NCBI GenBank assembly: GCA_965223665.1
Contig: OZ245011.1
Span: 736,001-800,000 of the forward strand
Direction of reading: 5' to 3'
Length of the DNA: 64,000 bases
Origin: Nitrospinaceae bacterium
GTDB taxonomy: Bacteria; Nitrospinota; Nitrospinia; Nitrospinales; Nitrospinaceae
A program made the position numbers and the translations under genes. Within the stretch, counting starts at the first letter, position 1, and each line of letters opens with the position of its first letter. Below are positions 1 to 10,896 of the stretch, in pieces. The notes under the pieces were generated by a model. The model saw only the letters and a program-made list of their open reading frames with translations, did no database searches and was not told the origin of the DNA.

Positions 1-10
1 AGGTAATTGG

Positions 11-877
11 ATGAAACGGTTCGGATTGTATATTGCTATAGCAATTGTAATGATTACCAATGTAATCATTTTATCCGGTGTGGCTTATAATCGATCGGGT
101 AATCCTGAGTTTTCCATAGACTTAACTGAAAGAGAACTTCCCTTAAAACATATTTCAAAAGAAAACTCAGGACTTTTTCTAAGTTTAAATTGGAACATGC
201 AAGGAAAAACTATAAATGGTTCAAACTCACCGAAAAATAATTGGCTAAATAAATCAAAATTGGAACAATTAGGATTTAATACAAGTTTTCCATTAGATAC
301 AAAAAGGTCTTGGGAACAATACTACAGTCAATTACCCAAAGAAGCTTTTATAGTATTGGAGTATGAAGGAGACGCATGGGAAAAATGGGAAACAAAATTG
401 AAGAATGAAATTAGAACTCTAAAAGAAAAGCTTGGTAAAGAAACAATAAAAAAGTCTATAAATTTTCAGAAAAGAAGGATTAGGAATCTGGAGTGGGATT
501 TATATTATAAAAGCCGTTTATATGCAATTGATGCAGGAATAAATCTATTTAGTTTAAAAGAAAAATACCCAAATCAATCAAATTATTTAATAGTTCCAGG
601 AACCATAAAAATTCAAAAGTATAATTTATCTGAATTTAATTCTGAGGGGAAAAAAATAAATAAACCTTATTTAAGTGGATATATTAAAGAATTGAGTATT
701 ATGGATATTTATGTTCCAAGTGATCAAAAAGATATTTTAAAAAACTTACCACCTAGGGTTCCAAAATACTCAAATGAAAAGATGGATGGGATAGAAATAA
801 AACCACGTTATAAGGTTCAATTAAATCTAGGAAAGCGTTTAGAACCTTGGATACAGAATATTACTCGTCTTAATTGA
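11..877 (+). CDS. DUF4824-family membrane-anchored protein
   Basis: N-terminal TM helix followed by NRSGNP...LTERELP; SRLYAIDAG and PRYKVQL..GKRLEPWI motifs recalled from DUF4824. Confidence 0.7.
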   Translation: MKRFGLYIAIAIVMITNVIILSGVAYNRSGNPEFSIDLTERELPLKHISKENSGLFLSLNWNMQGKTINGSNSPKNNWLNKSKLEQLGFNTSFPLDTKRSWEQYYSQLPKEAFIVLEYEGDAWEKWETKLKNEIRTLKEKLGKETIKKSINFQKRRIRNLEWDLYYKSRLYAIDAGINLFSLKEKYPNQSNYLIVPGTIKIQKYNLSEFNSEGKKINKPYLSGYIKELSIMDIYVPSDQKDILKNLPPRVPKYSNEKMDGIEIKPRYKVQLNLGKRLEPWIQNITRLN

Positions 878-886
878 GATAATTTC

Positions 887-2161
887 TTGAACTCAGCTAT
901 TCTTCCTACAAAATTAGTTTTAAATGAAATAAAAAAAGCAAATCAATCGGATCGCCTTGATCCTTCTCCTGGGGATCAACCTGAAAAATGTATTGAGTTA
1001 ATTGACCCTTCAAATAGCAAAGTTTGGGGGTTCATTGTTGTTGATAACACTCAGCGGGGTCCAGGTTTGGGGGGAATTCGTATTGCCCCTGATTTAACTT
1101 TGAATGAGGTAAAACGTTTGGCCAGGGCTATGACCCTAAAGAACAGTGCGGCAAATCTTCCTTTTGGAGGTGGAAAATCTGGAATTAAATTTGATCCAAT
1201 ATTCTTAAATCAGAATCTGGGGTTAAAGCGAGATTTAATTGGAATATTTGCTGAAGCCTTATTTAAGGTTGAGGACTATATATCCGCCCCTGATATGGGA
1301 ACAAATGAAAACGATGTTCAACAAATTTATGAAATTTTTTCGAACAAACTTGGGACTTTTGAACATCTAAGAGGTGGTTCCTCTCGGCCTCCGGATAAGG
1401 GTGGAATACCGATAGATGAATGGGGATTAACGGCACATAGTCTATTCATTTCTATGAAAACTTTGGAAAAGATCAATCCGGATTTTGACCTCTTTAACAG
1501 CCGTGTCATCATTCAAGGTTATGGAAATGTAGGATCCCATACAGCAACAAAATTAAGTAACTATGGAGCAAAGATTGTTGGAGCTTCTGACATTCATGCA
1601 GCCCTATGGAATTCTGACGGCTTAGATGTTAATGAATTAAATAGAATCAGAGTTAGGCCAAATGGCTTATCAAATTATTCCAAGAAAATTGAAAAACGTT
1701 TTTCATCAGAAAAATTAAATTGGTTATTGGAAGGCCCTTGTGACATATTAATACCTGCTGCAAGACCAGATTCAATTACAGCAAAAAATGCAGACAGAAT
1801 TCAATGTAAAATGATTTTTCAAGGGGCCAACTCACCCAGTAATAAAATGACAGAATTTTATTTGCAAAATCGACGTGGAATCATTTCTTTTTCGGATTTT
1901 ATTGTTAATGTAGGCGGGGTGATGGGATGTGCCGTAGAATTAAAAATGACTTCGGATAAAGATTATTGCAATAAAGTATTATCTTCAGACGGAAATGGAA
2001 AAAATTACTTGGAAAACTTGATCCAAAAAACAGTTTCAAGTAACATTCAGTTTTTATGGAATCGGCTTAACAGTTCTTCTTCTCAAGATACTATTTTTCG
2101 AGAAGAGGCAATAATTTTAGCAGAAAAACGATTAACAAATTGCCAAGAGATTTGGTTATAA
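887..2161 (+). CDS. Glu/Leu/Phe/Val dehydrogenase family
   Basis: GPGLGGIR, MTLKN...GGGKSG, APDMGT, QGYGNVG Rossmann motif, QGANSP. Confidence 0.9.
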   Translation: MNSAILPTKLVLNEIKKANQSDRLDPSPGDQPEKCIELIDPSNSKVWGFIVVDNTQRGPGLGGIRIAPDLTLNEVKRLARAMTLKNSAANLPFGGGKSGIKFDPIFLNQNLGLKRDLIGIFAEALFKVEDYISAPDMGTNENDVQQIYEIFSNKLGTFEHLRGGSSRPPDKGGIPIDEWGLTAHSLFISMKTLEKINPDFDLFNSRVIIQGYGNVGSHTATKLSNYGAKIVGASDIHAALWNSDGLDVNELNRIRVRPNGLSNYSKKIEKRFSSEKLNWLLEGPCDILIPAARPDSITAKNADRIQCKMIFQGANSPSNKMTEFYLQNRRGIISFSDFIVNVGGVMGCAVELKMTSDKDYCNKVLSSDGNGKNYLENLIQKTVSSNIQFLWNRLNSSSSQDTIFREEAIILAEKRLTNCQEIWL

Positions 2162-2190
2162 TCCCAAAGTTAATTTTATGAGGTAAACAA

Positions 2191-2394
2191 ATGGCAGGTA
2201 ATGTTAGCAATTTAGAACGACTTTTTAGAATAATAGCAGGTACAAGCCTCATGGTTTGGGGACTTCCAATGGGTGGACTGTTGGGCTGGAGCTTGGCTGT
2301 TTTGGGAGTAATTTTTATTATTTCAGGGTTAGGAGGGACCTGCCCCATTTATTCATTTTTTGGAATAAGCACCAAATCTTGTTCGATAAAATAA
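2191..2394 (+). CDS. DUF2892 (YgaP-like) small membrane protein
   Basis: NV...ERLFRIIAG, two TM helices, GTCPIYSFFGIST; SD gaggt upstream. Confidence 0.85.
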   Translation: MAGNVSNLERLFRIIAGTSLMVWGLPMGGLLGWSLAVLGVIFIISGLGGTCPIYSFFGISTKSCSIK

Positions 2395-2405
2395 TTTATG
2401 GAAAG

Positions 2406-3359
2406 TTACAACCCATCTCTTCCATAAACTTCATTCAAAATTTTATCTGCTCCTCGAGATAATAATTCTTCTGCAAGTTCTTTCCCGATTTTTCCTGGAT
2501 CTACTGTGGATCCCTTTTTTTGAGAACGAATAATTGTTTTTCCATCTAAACTACCCACTAAACCGTCAATCTCTAAATCCATTCCTTCCACCGTTGCATA
2601 TACTCCAATTGGAACTTGACAACCCCCTTCGAGTCTTTTTAAAAAACCTCTTTCTGCATCTAAAGCCAAATGAGTTTCTTCATGGTCCAATGGAAAAAGC
2701 ATATTCATAGCACCCATATCACCTCTGCGGGTTTCAATACCCACGGCGCCCTGACCTCCTCCGGGCAGCATTATTTTTGGAGAAATATATTCTGTTATGA
2801 GTTCTTGTTTTCCCAATCGAATCAGACCGGCAGCAGCCAAAATGACAGCATCTAAATTTTCTGTATCCATTTTTTTTAACCGAGTTTCGACATTGCCTCT
2901 TAACGGAATAACTTCTAAATCTGGTCGGAAATGTAATAATTGAGTGGTTCTTCTAAAGCTCCCAGTCCCCACTCTGGCTCCTTTAGGTAATTTTTCTAAA
3001 CCTAGATTATTTTTTGAAATTAAAGCATCCCGTGGGTCTTCTCTTTCTGTAACAACCGAAATTGTCAAGGCAGTTGGTAAATCCATGGGAACGTCTTTCA
3101 TACTATGAACAGCGAGGTCAGTTTCACTTCGTAATAAACTTTCTTCAATCTCTTTGGTAAAAAGGCCCTTTCCTCCAACTTTCGCCAAGGGGACATCTTG
3201 TATCTTATCCCCGGATGTTTTAATTTTTACCAATTCAACTACGAGACCTCCATGCTCTTCCTCTAATTGAGACTTAATCCAATTTGATTGCCATAAAGCA
3301 AGAGGGCTTCCACGGGTTCCTATTCGGAGATTATTTCTAAAATAAAGAGTGTTTTTCAT
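2406..3359 (-). CDS. hemC: hydroxymethylbilane synthase (porphobilinogen deaminase)
   Basis: IGTRGSPLALWQ, GGKGLFTKEIE, AVHSMKDVP, LEGGCQVPIG. Confidence 0.98.
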   Translation of the reverse strand: MKNTLYFRNNLRIGTRGSPLALWQSNWIKSQLEEEHGGLVVELVKIKTSGDKIQDVPLAKVGGKGLFTKEIEESLLRSETDLAVHSMKDVPMDLPTALTISVVTEREDPRDALISKNNLGLEKLPKGARVGTGSFRRTTQLLHFRPDLEVIPLRGNVETRLKKMDTENLDAVILAAAGLIRLGKQELITEYISPKIMLPGGGQGAVGIETRRGDMGAMNMLFPLDHEETHLALDAERGFLKRLEGGCQVPIGVYATVEGMDLEIDGLVGSLDGKTIIRSQKKGSTVDPGKIGKELAEELLSRGADKILNEVYGRDGL

Positions 3360-4634
3360 TTAGTCATCTAGATGAAATAAGTCGCGGATTGCTTTTAGAT
3401 AGGATTGACCATCAGAGCTTTGGGTTTTTCTTTTTAAATTAACGGTAGGCTTATGCAACAGCTTATTTATTATAGAATTTGTCATCTGATGAAGAGACTG
3501 TTTTTCTTCTTCAGAAAGATTAGGCATTCGTTTCAGAGTTTTTTCAACTTCATGTTGACGGAGTTGTTCCGCCCTTTTCCTGAGCTCCACAATGGTCGGG
3601 ACAGCATCTAATGATTCCACCCAGTTATTAAATTTACCAACTTCGAACTGGATGATTTCCATTGCCCGCTCAGCTTCTTTTTGTCTTTCAACTACGTTAG
3701 CATTGACAACGGTTTGCAAATCATCAATATCATACAAATAAACATTTTCCAAACTATTGACCTCAGGTTCAATATCTCTTGGAACTGCAATATCAATTAA
3801 AAACATAGGTCGATTTTTCCGTTGATGAATCGCTTCTGCCACTAAATTTTTATGAATAATAAAATTTGGAGCGGCGGTGGAACTAATCACTATATCGGCA
3901 CGATGCAATTCATTTTTAAAATCATCAAATCCAAGAGCACTTCCGTTAAGGGTTTTTGCTAAATTAATTGCCCGTTCATAGGTCCTGCTTGCAACATATA
4001 CCGTTTTTACACCATAATTTATTAGATGCTTGGCTGCTAGCTCAGCCATTTCACCTGTCCCAACCAGCATCACTGTGTGATTATCTAAATCATCAAAAAT
4101 TTTCCTGGCTAATTCAACCGCTGCGGAACTGATTGATACTGCACTTTCAGCAATCCCTGTTTCTTCCCGAACTTTTTTTGCAACATTGAAAGCTTTCTCA
4201 AATAATTGATTTAGTATGATTCCGGTAGTCCGCAAGGATTTGGCAAGACTATATGCATCCTTTACCTGACCCAAAATCTGAGACTCTCCTACCACCATGG
4301 AATCCAGACTGGAGGAGACTCTAAACAAATGTTCAACGGTTTCTTGTTCTTTATATGTATAAAAATGCTGCTCTAGAAGTTCTATTGGTATTTGGTGATA
4401 TTCAGAGAGAAATTTTTTAAGACGTAATATGCCTCCATTAACATCATTAACCCGAGCATAAATTTCTACACGATTGCAGGTGGAAATAATTAAATTTTCA
4501 TTTATTTCAGGAAAAGTGCAAAGTTTTTCGGTTGATTCTTCAATGGCACCAGAAGTAAAGGCAAGTTTTTCTCGTAACTCGACTGGAGTCGATTTATGAT
4601 TAACACCGACTAAAACTAAATTAGATTCTGCCAT
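3360..4634 (-). CDS. hemA: glutamyl-tRNA reductase
   Basis: STCNRVEIY, SLDSMVVGESQILGQVK, DIAVPRDI. Confidence 0.98.
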   Translation of the reverse strand: MAESNLVLVGVNHKSTPVELREKLAFTSGAIEESTEKLCTFPEINENLIISTCNRVEIYARVNDVNGGILRLKKFLSEYHQIPIELLEQHFYTYKEQETVEHLFRVSSSLDSMVVGESQILGQVKDAYSLAKSLRTTGIILNQLFEKAFNVAKKVREETGIAESAVSISSAAVELARKIFDDLDNHTVMLVGTGEMAELAAKHLINYGVKTVYVASRTYERAINLAKTLNGSALGFDDFKNELHRADIVISSTAAPNFIIHKNLVAEAIHQRKNRPMFLIDIAVPRDIEPEVNSLENVYLYDIDDLQTVVNANVVERQKEAERAMEIIQFEVGKFNNWVESLDAVPTIVELRKRAEQLRQHEVEKTLKRMPNLSEEEKQSLHQMTNSIINKLLHKPTVNLKRKTQSSDGQSYLKAIRDLFHLDD

Positions 4635-4635
4635 T

Positions 4636-5424
4636 TTAAACGTGTAAAAAATAAGTAAATATTACAATGATAAAACCAATTATAGAGCCTTGCGCAGCTT
4701 TTTTCCCCCTAAGCCCTACTATAAACCTTCCAAAAAATACTAGTCCATAAATCACCCAGCCAATTACCAGGGGCCAAGTTTTTAAAATATCCCAGGAAAA
4801 TAATGAAATTTGGTTACTTTGTGCACTCCAAAAGGAACCGGTAATAAAGCCCATGGTAAATAAAGGGAATCCTACCGCAATCACATTATAATTGAGGCTG
4901 TCCAGTTTCTCTAAAGAAGGCATTCGGAAATACATAATACCCAATTTCTTAGATTTTACCTGCTGTTCCTGGATAAGGTACATTAAACCCACAGCAAATG
5001 CTATTGCAAAAGCTGCATATCCTAAGACTGAAAGGGTCCTATGTAAAGTAAGTAAAACCCTAAATTCAGAATCCGGAAAATCAACCACTTCCTTGGATAA
5101 AAAGGCGGCATATAGAAGTATAAAAAAAGCCACGGGAATAACAAAAGATCCCAAATCCTTAATCCTGTATTTTAAATGAGTAATGAAGAAGATAATTACA
5201 ATTAACCATGAAAGGAATACGGCAACTTCGAAGGAGGTTGTATATGGACCATGGCCTGTAAGTTGAGACCTCAATCCTATAATTGTGGTATGTGCAAGTA
5301 GCCCAACGGCTACGGTTATGGTTGCTAAAGTGGAAACTAAAGGTTTTCTATAAATTAAATATACAAAAAACTCAAGAGAAGCCACCAAGTAGCTTAAAAT
5401 TGCAATATTATATGTAATTACCAT
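4636..5424 (-). CDS. ccsA: cytochrome c assembly protein (CcsA/HemX family)
   Basis: about 8 TM helices, PSLEKLD..N, TGSFWS...SWD.LKT WWD-like loop; upstream of hemA. Confidence 0.8.
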   Translation of the reverse strand: MVITYNIAILSYLVASLEFFVYLIYRKPLVSTLATITVAVGLLAHTTIIGLRSQLTGHGPYTTSFEVAVFLSWLIVIIFFITHLKYRIKDLGSFVIPVAFFILLYAAFLSKEVVDFPDSEFRVLLTLHRTLSVLGYAAFAIAFAVGLMYLIQEQQVKSKKLGIMYFRMPSLEKLDSLNYNVIAVGFPLFTMGFITGSFWSAQSNQISLFSWDILKTWPLVIGWVIYGLVFFGRFIVGLRGKKAAQGSIIGFIIVIFTYFLHV

Positions 5425-5566
5425 TACAAAGTTATTTTATCTTATATAGGTTTTTGTCATCCTAACATCAAACCTTAATCCATTCAATAGGTTACAGAGA
5501 TGAGACTAATGGAAATAAGGGTTGGCCGACCAAATAATAAGGTTTAAAAAAAACTTATTATAAATT

Positions 5567-5610
5567 TGTTACAAAATTGGCACATATTTGTAACATAAAC
5601 GTAACCCTTT
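5567..5610. promoter_or_regulatory. four 11-bp-periodic half sites (OmpR/PhoB-type operator candidate)
   Basis: tgttac(5567) tggcac(5578) tgtaac(5589) cgtaac(5600) at exact 11-nt period in the divergent ccsA/FIST intergenic region. Confidence 0.45.
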
Positions 5611-5726
5611 AAAATATAATAGGTTCAATATATCCCTTTCTCCATACACTTGTTTTTGCTTTACATAGAATTTTCAAATTAATTTTACCTTAGTTCTCAG
5701 TTTTAAACCTGGAGTTAATACAATAC

Positions 5727-6875
5727 ATGAAAGTTGAACAATTTTTTTGGAACAAAACACAAGGTTGGAGCCAAGAAATTGCCAAAACTTTTAATGAAAA
5801 TGCCAATTTAGTTTTTATTTTTGGGGGAAAGGATGTATTAGATAAAAAGGAGATTTTTGACTTTTTAAGGCAGAATTTTCCTAAAGCAATTTTAGTTGGG
5901 TGTTCTACTGCAGGAGAAATATATGGTACTAGGGTATTTGACGACACTTTAGTTGTTACTGCGGTTATTTTAGAATATTCCACTGTTAAAATAGAAAAAA
6001 TCGACATTAAAGAAATTAAAGAGAGCTTTAATGCAGGACAAAAATTAGCAGATTGTCTCGACAAAAACGAATTGACTCATGTAATCATTTTTTCTGAGGG
6101 AATTACCGTTAACGGATCTGAACTTGTTAATGGTTTATTGTCAAGACTACCGGAGGGAATTGGAGTCACAGGTGGCTTAGCCGGAGATGGGGGAAAATTT
6201 CAAGAAACTTTAATTTGTGCCAATGGAATTCCCCAAAAGGGTCAAATTGCTGCTTTAGGATTTTATGGCTCTAAAATTAAATTTGGTTATGGTGCCAAGG
6301 GAGGTTTTGTCCCATTTGGCCCGGAACGTTTGGTCACCAAAGCAGATGGAAATATTTTATATGAACTGGATGGGCAGTCAGCACTGGATATATATAAAAA
6401 ATACTTAGGAGAAGAAAAAACTGAAGATTTAGCAACAAATCAATTTTATTTTCCTTTAACTTACCGGAAGGCTGGAATGAAAACGGGAGTTGTCCGAACA
6501 ATCCTATCAATCAATGAGGAAGATAAAACAATGACATTTGCGGGTGACATTTCTGAAGGTGGCTATGCGAAAATGATGAAAGCTAGTCATGACAAATTAA
6601 TTGACGGCTCTAATTTAGCAGCAACCGTAACATTAGACTCTATTACAGACAGGAAAAGTGTCGCCTTGGCTCTTTTAATAAGCTGTGTAGGAAGAAAAAT
6701 TATTTTAAAACAAAGGGTGGAAGAAGAAATAGAAGAGGTTAATGAAATCCTTGGTAAAGAGGTAAAGTTAATGGGTTTTTATTCCTATGGAGAAATAGCC
6801 CATTTCACACCAAATGAAAAATGTGATTTACACAATCAAACCATGTCAATTACAGCGTTCTATGAGGCAGAATAA
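5727..6875 (+). CDS. FIST N/C domain signal-transduction protein (NosP-like)
   Basis: GCSTAGEI, GGLAGDG, LYELDGQSAL, SCVGRK, GFYSYGEI, LHNQTM. Confidence 0.92.
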   Translation: MKVEQFFWNKTQGWSQEIAKTFNENANLVFIFGGKDVLDKKEIFDFLRQNFPKAILVGCSTAGEIYGTRVFDDTLVVTAVILEYSTVKIEKIDIKEIKESFNAGQKLADCLDKNELTHVIIFSEGITVNGSELVNGLLSRLPEGIGVTGGLAGDGGKFQETLICANGIPQKGQIAALGFYGSKIKFGYGAKGGFVPFGPERLVTKADGNILYELDGQSALDIYKKYLGEEKTEDLATNQFYFPLTYRKAGMKTGVVRTILSINEEDKTMTFAGDISEGGYAKMMKASHDKLIDGSNLAATVTLDSITDRKSVALALLISCVGRKIILKQRVEEEIEEVNEILGKEVKLMGFYSYGEIAHFTPNEKCDLHNQTMSITAFYEAE

Positions 6876-8396
6876 ATGCACAAACTTTTAAAAAGGCAAC
6901 TAAAGAAATATTTGGGAGAAAAGCTGCCTGATGTACCCGAATACCAAAATTTTTTAAATGCTGTTAATGAAGCCTACGAGCAAGCGGATATCGATTATAA
7001 AATGCTTGAACGGGTAATGGAGCTTGCTTCTGAAGAATTACAAGAAAAATACGAAGAAAATAAGAATAAGATGGCCAAAATAGAAATAGCAAAAAAAGAA
7101 ATTGGCCGATTAAATCAACAAATCGAATTGATTCTCAATTCTGCTGGAGAGGGAATTCTTGGGCTTAATAAAAATGGTGAATTAACATTCATCAACTTGG
7201 AAGCAGCCAAACTATTAGGAACAACTTCAAAAGAAATAATTGGAAAAAGCTTTTTTGCAAATTTTCATCATACAAATGAATTTGGAAAACCAATTCCCAA
7301 AGAAAATTCTCCAGTCTTTAAAACTTTAAATGCCGGTTCTATTGAACGACATACTGAAGTGTTTTGGAAAATTAATAAATCCAGTTTTCCCGTGGAATTT
7401 ATTAGTACTCCCATAAAGGAGGGAGATGAATTGCTAGGTGCAGTCATTACCTTCCAAGATATTTCCCAACGCAAAGAAGTTGAAAATACATTAAAGTTAG
7501 TAAATGTAATTTTAGATAAACGTGTCCAAGAAAGAACCCAGGAATTAAAGAAAGCTTATGAGCAAAAAGATATTGAAATAGAAGAGCGACGAAAAATTGA
7601 ACAAGAATTATTGAAATCAAAAAAAGAAGCCGAACATGCCAATCAAGCAAAGTCGGAATTTCTTGCAAGGGTTAGCCATGAGTTACGAACACCCATGAAT
7701 GCAATTTTGGGTTTCGGTCAGCTTTTAGAGCGGGAAATAGCTTCACAGGCAAATAGAGAGGTTTTTGAATCCTATATTTCCAAACTTTTGGATTCAGGAA
7801 CTCACTTACTTAGTTTGATTGAAGAAGTTCTTGATATTTCAAATATTGAAACAGGACAAATGATTGTGCATAAAAAATGTATCAATCTTTCTGAATTATT
7901 AGATGAAATAAATCCAATAATTTTACCTTTGGCTCAAGAAAAAGTTGTCACAGTAAAAACACAACTCCCTGAGAACTTGAAATTAAATGTGATTGCTGAT
8001 CCCTTACGGTTAAAACAAGTTTTTGTCAATCTTGCTAATAATGCCATTAAATTTAATAAACCCAATGGGTTTGTTATGATAACAGTTCATGCTAATGGGC
8101 CCGAAAACTTTTTAAATATCGACTTTTTTGACTCAGGAATTGGAATTCCCGAGGATAAACAAGATCAAATATTTGATCCTTTTATTAGAGCACATGAAAA
8201 TGATCCTAACTTTTCCCAAGGATCAGGAATGGGATTAACCATATCCAAGCAATTAGTTGAGTTAATGGGAGGACGTATCTCAATCAATAGTGTAGTTGGA
8301 GAAGGTAGTTGTGTTTCTGTGGTAATGCCAATTTGGAATGAAAATAATATAACCGCGTCAAAGGAAAAGTCTGAAGCTCCCTCTTCAACAGTTTAG
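6876..8396 (+). CDS. PAS-domain sensor histidine kinase
   Basis: PAS (ILNSAGEGI...[10 protein letters not shown]), H-box [12 protein letters not shown]-box [24 protein letters not shown] directly follows the FIST stop codon. Confidence 0.95.
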   Translation: MHKLLKRQLKKYLGEKLPDVPEYQNFLNAVNEAYEQADIDYKMLERVMELASEELQEKYEENKNKMAKIEIAKKEIGRLNQQIELILNSAGEGILGLNKNGELTFINLEAAKLLGTTSKEIIGKSFFANFHHTNEFGKPIPKENSPVFKTLNAGSIERHTEVFWKINKSSFPVEFISTPIKEGDELLGAVITFQDISQRKEVENTLKLVNVILDKRVQERTQELKKAYEQKDIEIEERRKIEQELLKSKKEAEHANQAKSEFLARVSHELRTPMNAILGFGQLLEREIASQANREVFESYISKLLDSGTHLLSLIEEVLDISNIETGQMIVHKKCINLSELLDEINPIILPLAQEKVVTVKTQLPENLKLNVIADPLRLKQVFVNLANNAIKFNKPNGFVMITVHANGPENFLNIDFFDSGIGIPEDKQDQIFDPFIRAHENDPNFSQGSGMGLTISKQLVELMGGRISINSVVGEGSCVSVVMPIWNENNITASKEKSEAPSSTV

Positions 8397-8403
8397 TTTA
8401 AAC

Positions 8404-8868
8404 TCAGCCTTCTCTTTTATTTTTTAAAACATCTTTTAATTCTGCCATAAATTCATTTACGTCTTTGAATTCTCTATATACAGAAGCAAATCGGACGTAA
8501 GCAACTCCATCCAATTTATATAATTCTTTTACAACTTTTTCACCTACCGTAACAGCAGAAATCTCCTTTTCACCGGAGTCTTGAAAAAACTTTTCTATTT
8601 TGTCGACCAAAGCTTCCATTTGCTCTAAACTTACAGGTCTTTTTTGACAAGCCTTTTGAACACCATCTAAAATTTTTCCTCGATCAAATTCTTCCCGCCG
8701 ACCATCTTTTTTTACAATTAAGATTGGCGTCTTTTCAATTCTCTCGTAAGTGGTGAATCGCTCTCCACAACTTAAACACTCTCGTCGCCGACGAGTCATA
8801 TCCCCTTCTCGATTGGTTCGAGAATCAATTACCTTATTTTCCATATTGGAACATTGAGGACATTTCAT
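8404..8868 (-). CDS. nrdR: transcriptional repressor NrdR
   Basis: MKCPQC...[20 protein letters not shown] cone, [12 protein letters not shown]. Confidence 0.98.
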   Translation of the reverse strand: MKCPQCSNMENKVIDSRTNREGDMTRRRRECLSCGERFTTYERIEKTPILIVKKDGRREEFDRGKILDGVQKACQKRPVSLEQMEALVDKIEKFFQDSGEKEISAVTVGEKVVKELYKLDGVAYVRFASVYREFKDVNEFMAELKDVLKNKREG

Positions 8869-8877
8869 ATAAAGCGC

Positions 8878-10131
8878 CTAGGATTTACCAGTTAATTCTT
8901 CATGAAGGGGAAACTGCTGACAAAGTTCCTTAACTTTATTTCTGGTATCAACAATAAGTTTATCGTTTCCTAAATTATTTAATATATCGACCATCATTCC
9001 ACCAATAATTTTCATTTCATTTTCTTTCATTCCGCGAGTCGTCAATGCTGGAGAGCCTACTCGAATGCCTGAAGTGACAAATGGACTGCGGGTTTCAAAG
9101 GGAACTGTATTTTTGTTCACGGTAATTCCCGCTAAATCTAATGACTCTTCAGCTTGTTTTCCTGTTATATCTTGAGGAGTTAGATCTACTAAAATTAGAT
9201 GGGTATCCGTTCCTCCGCTAACAATTTTAAATCCCTTTTCCATTAAAAAATTTCCCAAACTTTGTGCATTTTTCACCACCTGCTTTTGGTAATCAACAAA
9301 CTCTTCAGACATAGCCTCTTTAAACGCTACAGCTTTTGCAGCAATAACGTGCATTAAGGGTCCTCCCTGTATACCTGGAAATATTTTCTTATTTACTTCC
9401 TTAGCATATTCTTGTTTACATAAAATCATTCCCCCTCGTGGACCCCTTAAGGTTTTATGGGTGGTGGTGGTGACAAACTCTGAATATGGAACAGGGGAAG
9501 GGTAAATTTTTGCAGCTACTAATCCCGCGGGATGAGCAATATCCGTTAATATTTTTGCCCCTACTCCATCAGCTATAGCACGAAAACGAGGTGCGTCAAT
9601 AATTCTTGGGTAAGCACTTGCACCTACAACTATTAACCTGGGTTTATGTTCTTTGGCTAAACGCTCGACTTCTTCGTAATCAATTAGTTCAGTTTCTTTA
9701 TTTAAACCATATTGAAATACCTTGTATGTATACCCTGAAAAATTAACCGGGGATCCATGAGTTAAATGACCTCCATGGGAAAGATTCATCCCTAAAATTG
9801 TATCACCCGGATTTAATACTGCATGGTAGACTGCCATATTAGCTTGCGACCCTGAATGGGGTTGAACATTGGCATGGTCTGCCCCAAAAATTTCTTTAGC
9901 TCGGTCAATGGCTAATTGCTCGGCAATGTCTACATATTTGCACCCGCCGTAATATCTTTTATTAGGATAACCTTCTGCATATTTATTTGTCATAACAGAG
10001 CCCAAGGCCTCTAAAACTTGAGGGCTCACAAAGTTTTCTGATGCAATCATTTCCAATGTAAAATTTTCACGCTCAATTTCACCTTGGATCGCATTAGAAA
10101 TGTCAGGATCAAAATCGGATAAAATAGACAA
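8878..10131 (-). CDS. glyA: serine hydroxymethyltransferase
   Basis: [31 protein letters not shown] lysine motif; TTG start. Confidence 0.98.
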   Translation of the reverse strand: MSILSDFDPDISNAIQGEIERENFTLEMIASENFVSPQVLEALGSVMTNKYAEGYPNKRYYGGCKYVDIAEQLAIDRAKEIFGADHANVQPHSGSQANMAVYHAVLNPGDTILGMNLSHGGHLTHGSPVNFSGYTYKVFQYGLNKETELIDYEEVERLAKEHKPRLIVVGASAYPRIIDAPRFRAIADGVGAKILTDIAHPAGLVAAKIYPSPVPYSEFVTTTTHKTLRGPRGGMILCKQEYAKEVNKKIFPGIQGGPLMHVIAAKAVAFKEAMSEEFVDYQKQVVKNAQSLGNFLMEKGFKIVSGGTDTHLILVDLTPQDITGKQAEESLDLAGITVNKNTVPFETRSPFVTSGIRVGSPALTTRGMKENEMKIIGGMMVDILNNLGNDKLIVDTRNKVKELCQQFPLHEELTGKS

Positions 10132-10132
10132 G

Positions 10133-10612
10133 TTACAATTCTCCTTTTTTTAACATGTTTTCTATATGATCAATTTTTTCTAAACGACGAGAATGTCGGC
10201 CCCCTTCAAAGGGGGTTTTTAACCAGGTATTAACAATTTCATAGGCTAATCCTTTTCCCACAACACGGCCTCCAAGTATGAGAACATTAGAATCATTATG
10301 CTGTCTGCAAAGCTTTGCAGTGTATACATCTGAGCAAAGAGTACCACGTACTTTTGGAAACCGGTTTACTACAATGGACATTCCTATTCCCGTCCCACAA
10401 ATTACAATACCATTTAATTTTTCATCGATTGAAACCGCTTGGGCAAGCTTTATCCCATAATCTGGATAGTCCACAGAGTCTGTAGAATGAGGTCCTAAAT
10501 CTTCAATTCCTATTCCCTCTTCCATTAAACATTTTTTTAAGGATTCTTTTAATTCAAAGCCAGCATGGTCCGAGGCAATAACAATTTTTTGAATGTTTAT
10601 ATCTCTGTTCAT
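10133..10612 (-). CDS. rpiB: ribose 5-phosphate isomerase B
   Basis: [31 protein letters not shown]. Confidence 0.97.
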   Translation of the reverse strand: MNRDINIQKIVIASDHAGFELKESLKKCLMEEGIGIEDLGPHSTDSVDYPDYGIKLAQAVSIDEKLNGIVICGTGIGMSIVVNRFPKVRGTLCSDVYTAKLCRQHNDSNVLILGGRVVGKGLAYEIVNTWLKTPFEGGRHSRRLEKIDHIENMLKKGEL

Positions 10613-10896
10613 AATCTATATTTAAAAAAGTTTTTTCTATTGATTAATTATATGTAAGGAAAGAAGTGAAGCAAATCGGAGTGGAAATACATTAAAAGAT
10701 GGGAAGTTACTCTAATGAACCCCACTAAAATGACCTAAATACTAATAGGTTTACTCCTTAAAGGATAGTAAAAAATTAACAAAATGTTGTCAACCTGATT
10801 AGTAATAATGAACCAATTTATAATGAAATACCTTCAATAATTTGATCTCTGGCAACGAAAGCCCTAAAATATTATTAATAAATAGGAAACCTGATT

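Noticed and set aside
5577..5592. ttggcac...ttgt as a sigma54 promoter
   Set aside because: Spacing is off by one and the -12 GC is missing; better explained as part of the 11-bp repeat array
8404..10612. rpiB-glyA-nrdR linkage as a novel system
   Set aside because: Common conserved housekeeping gene order
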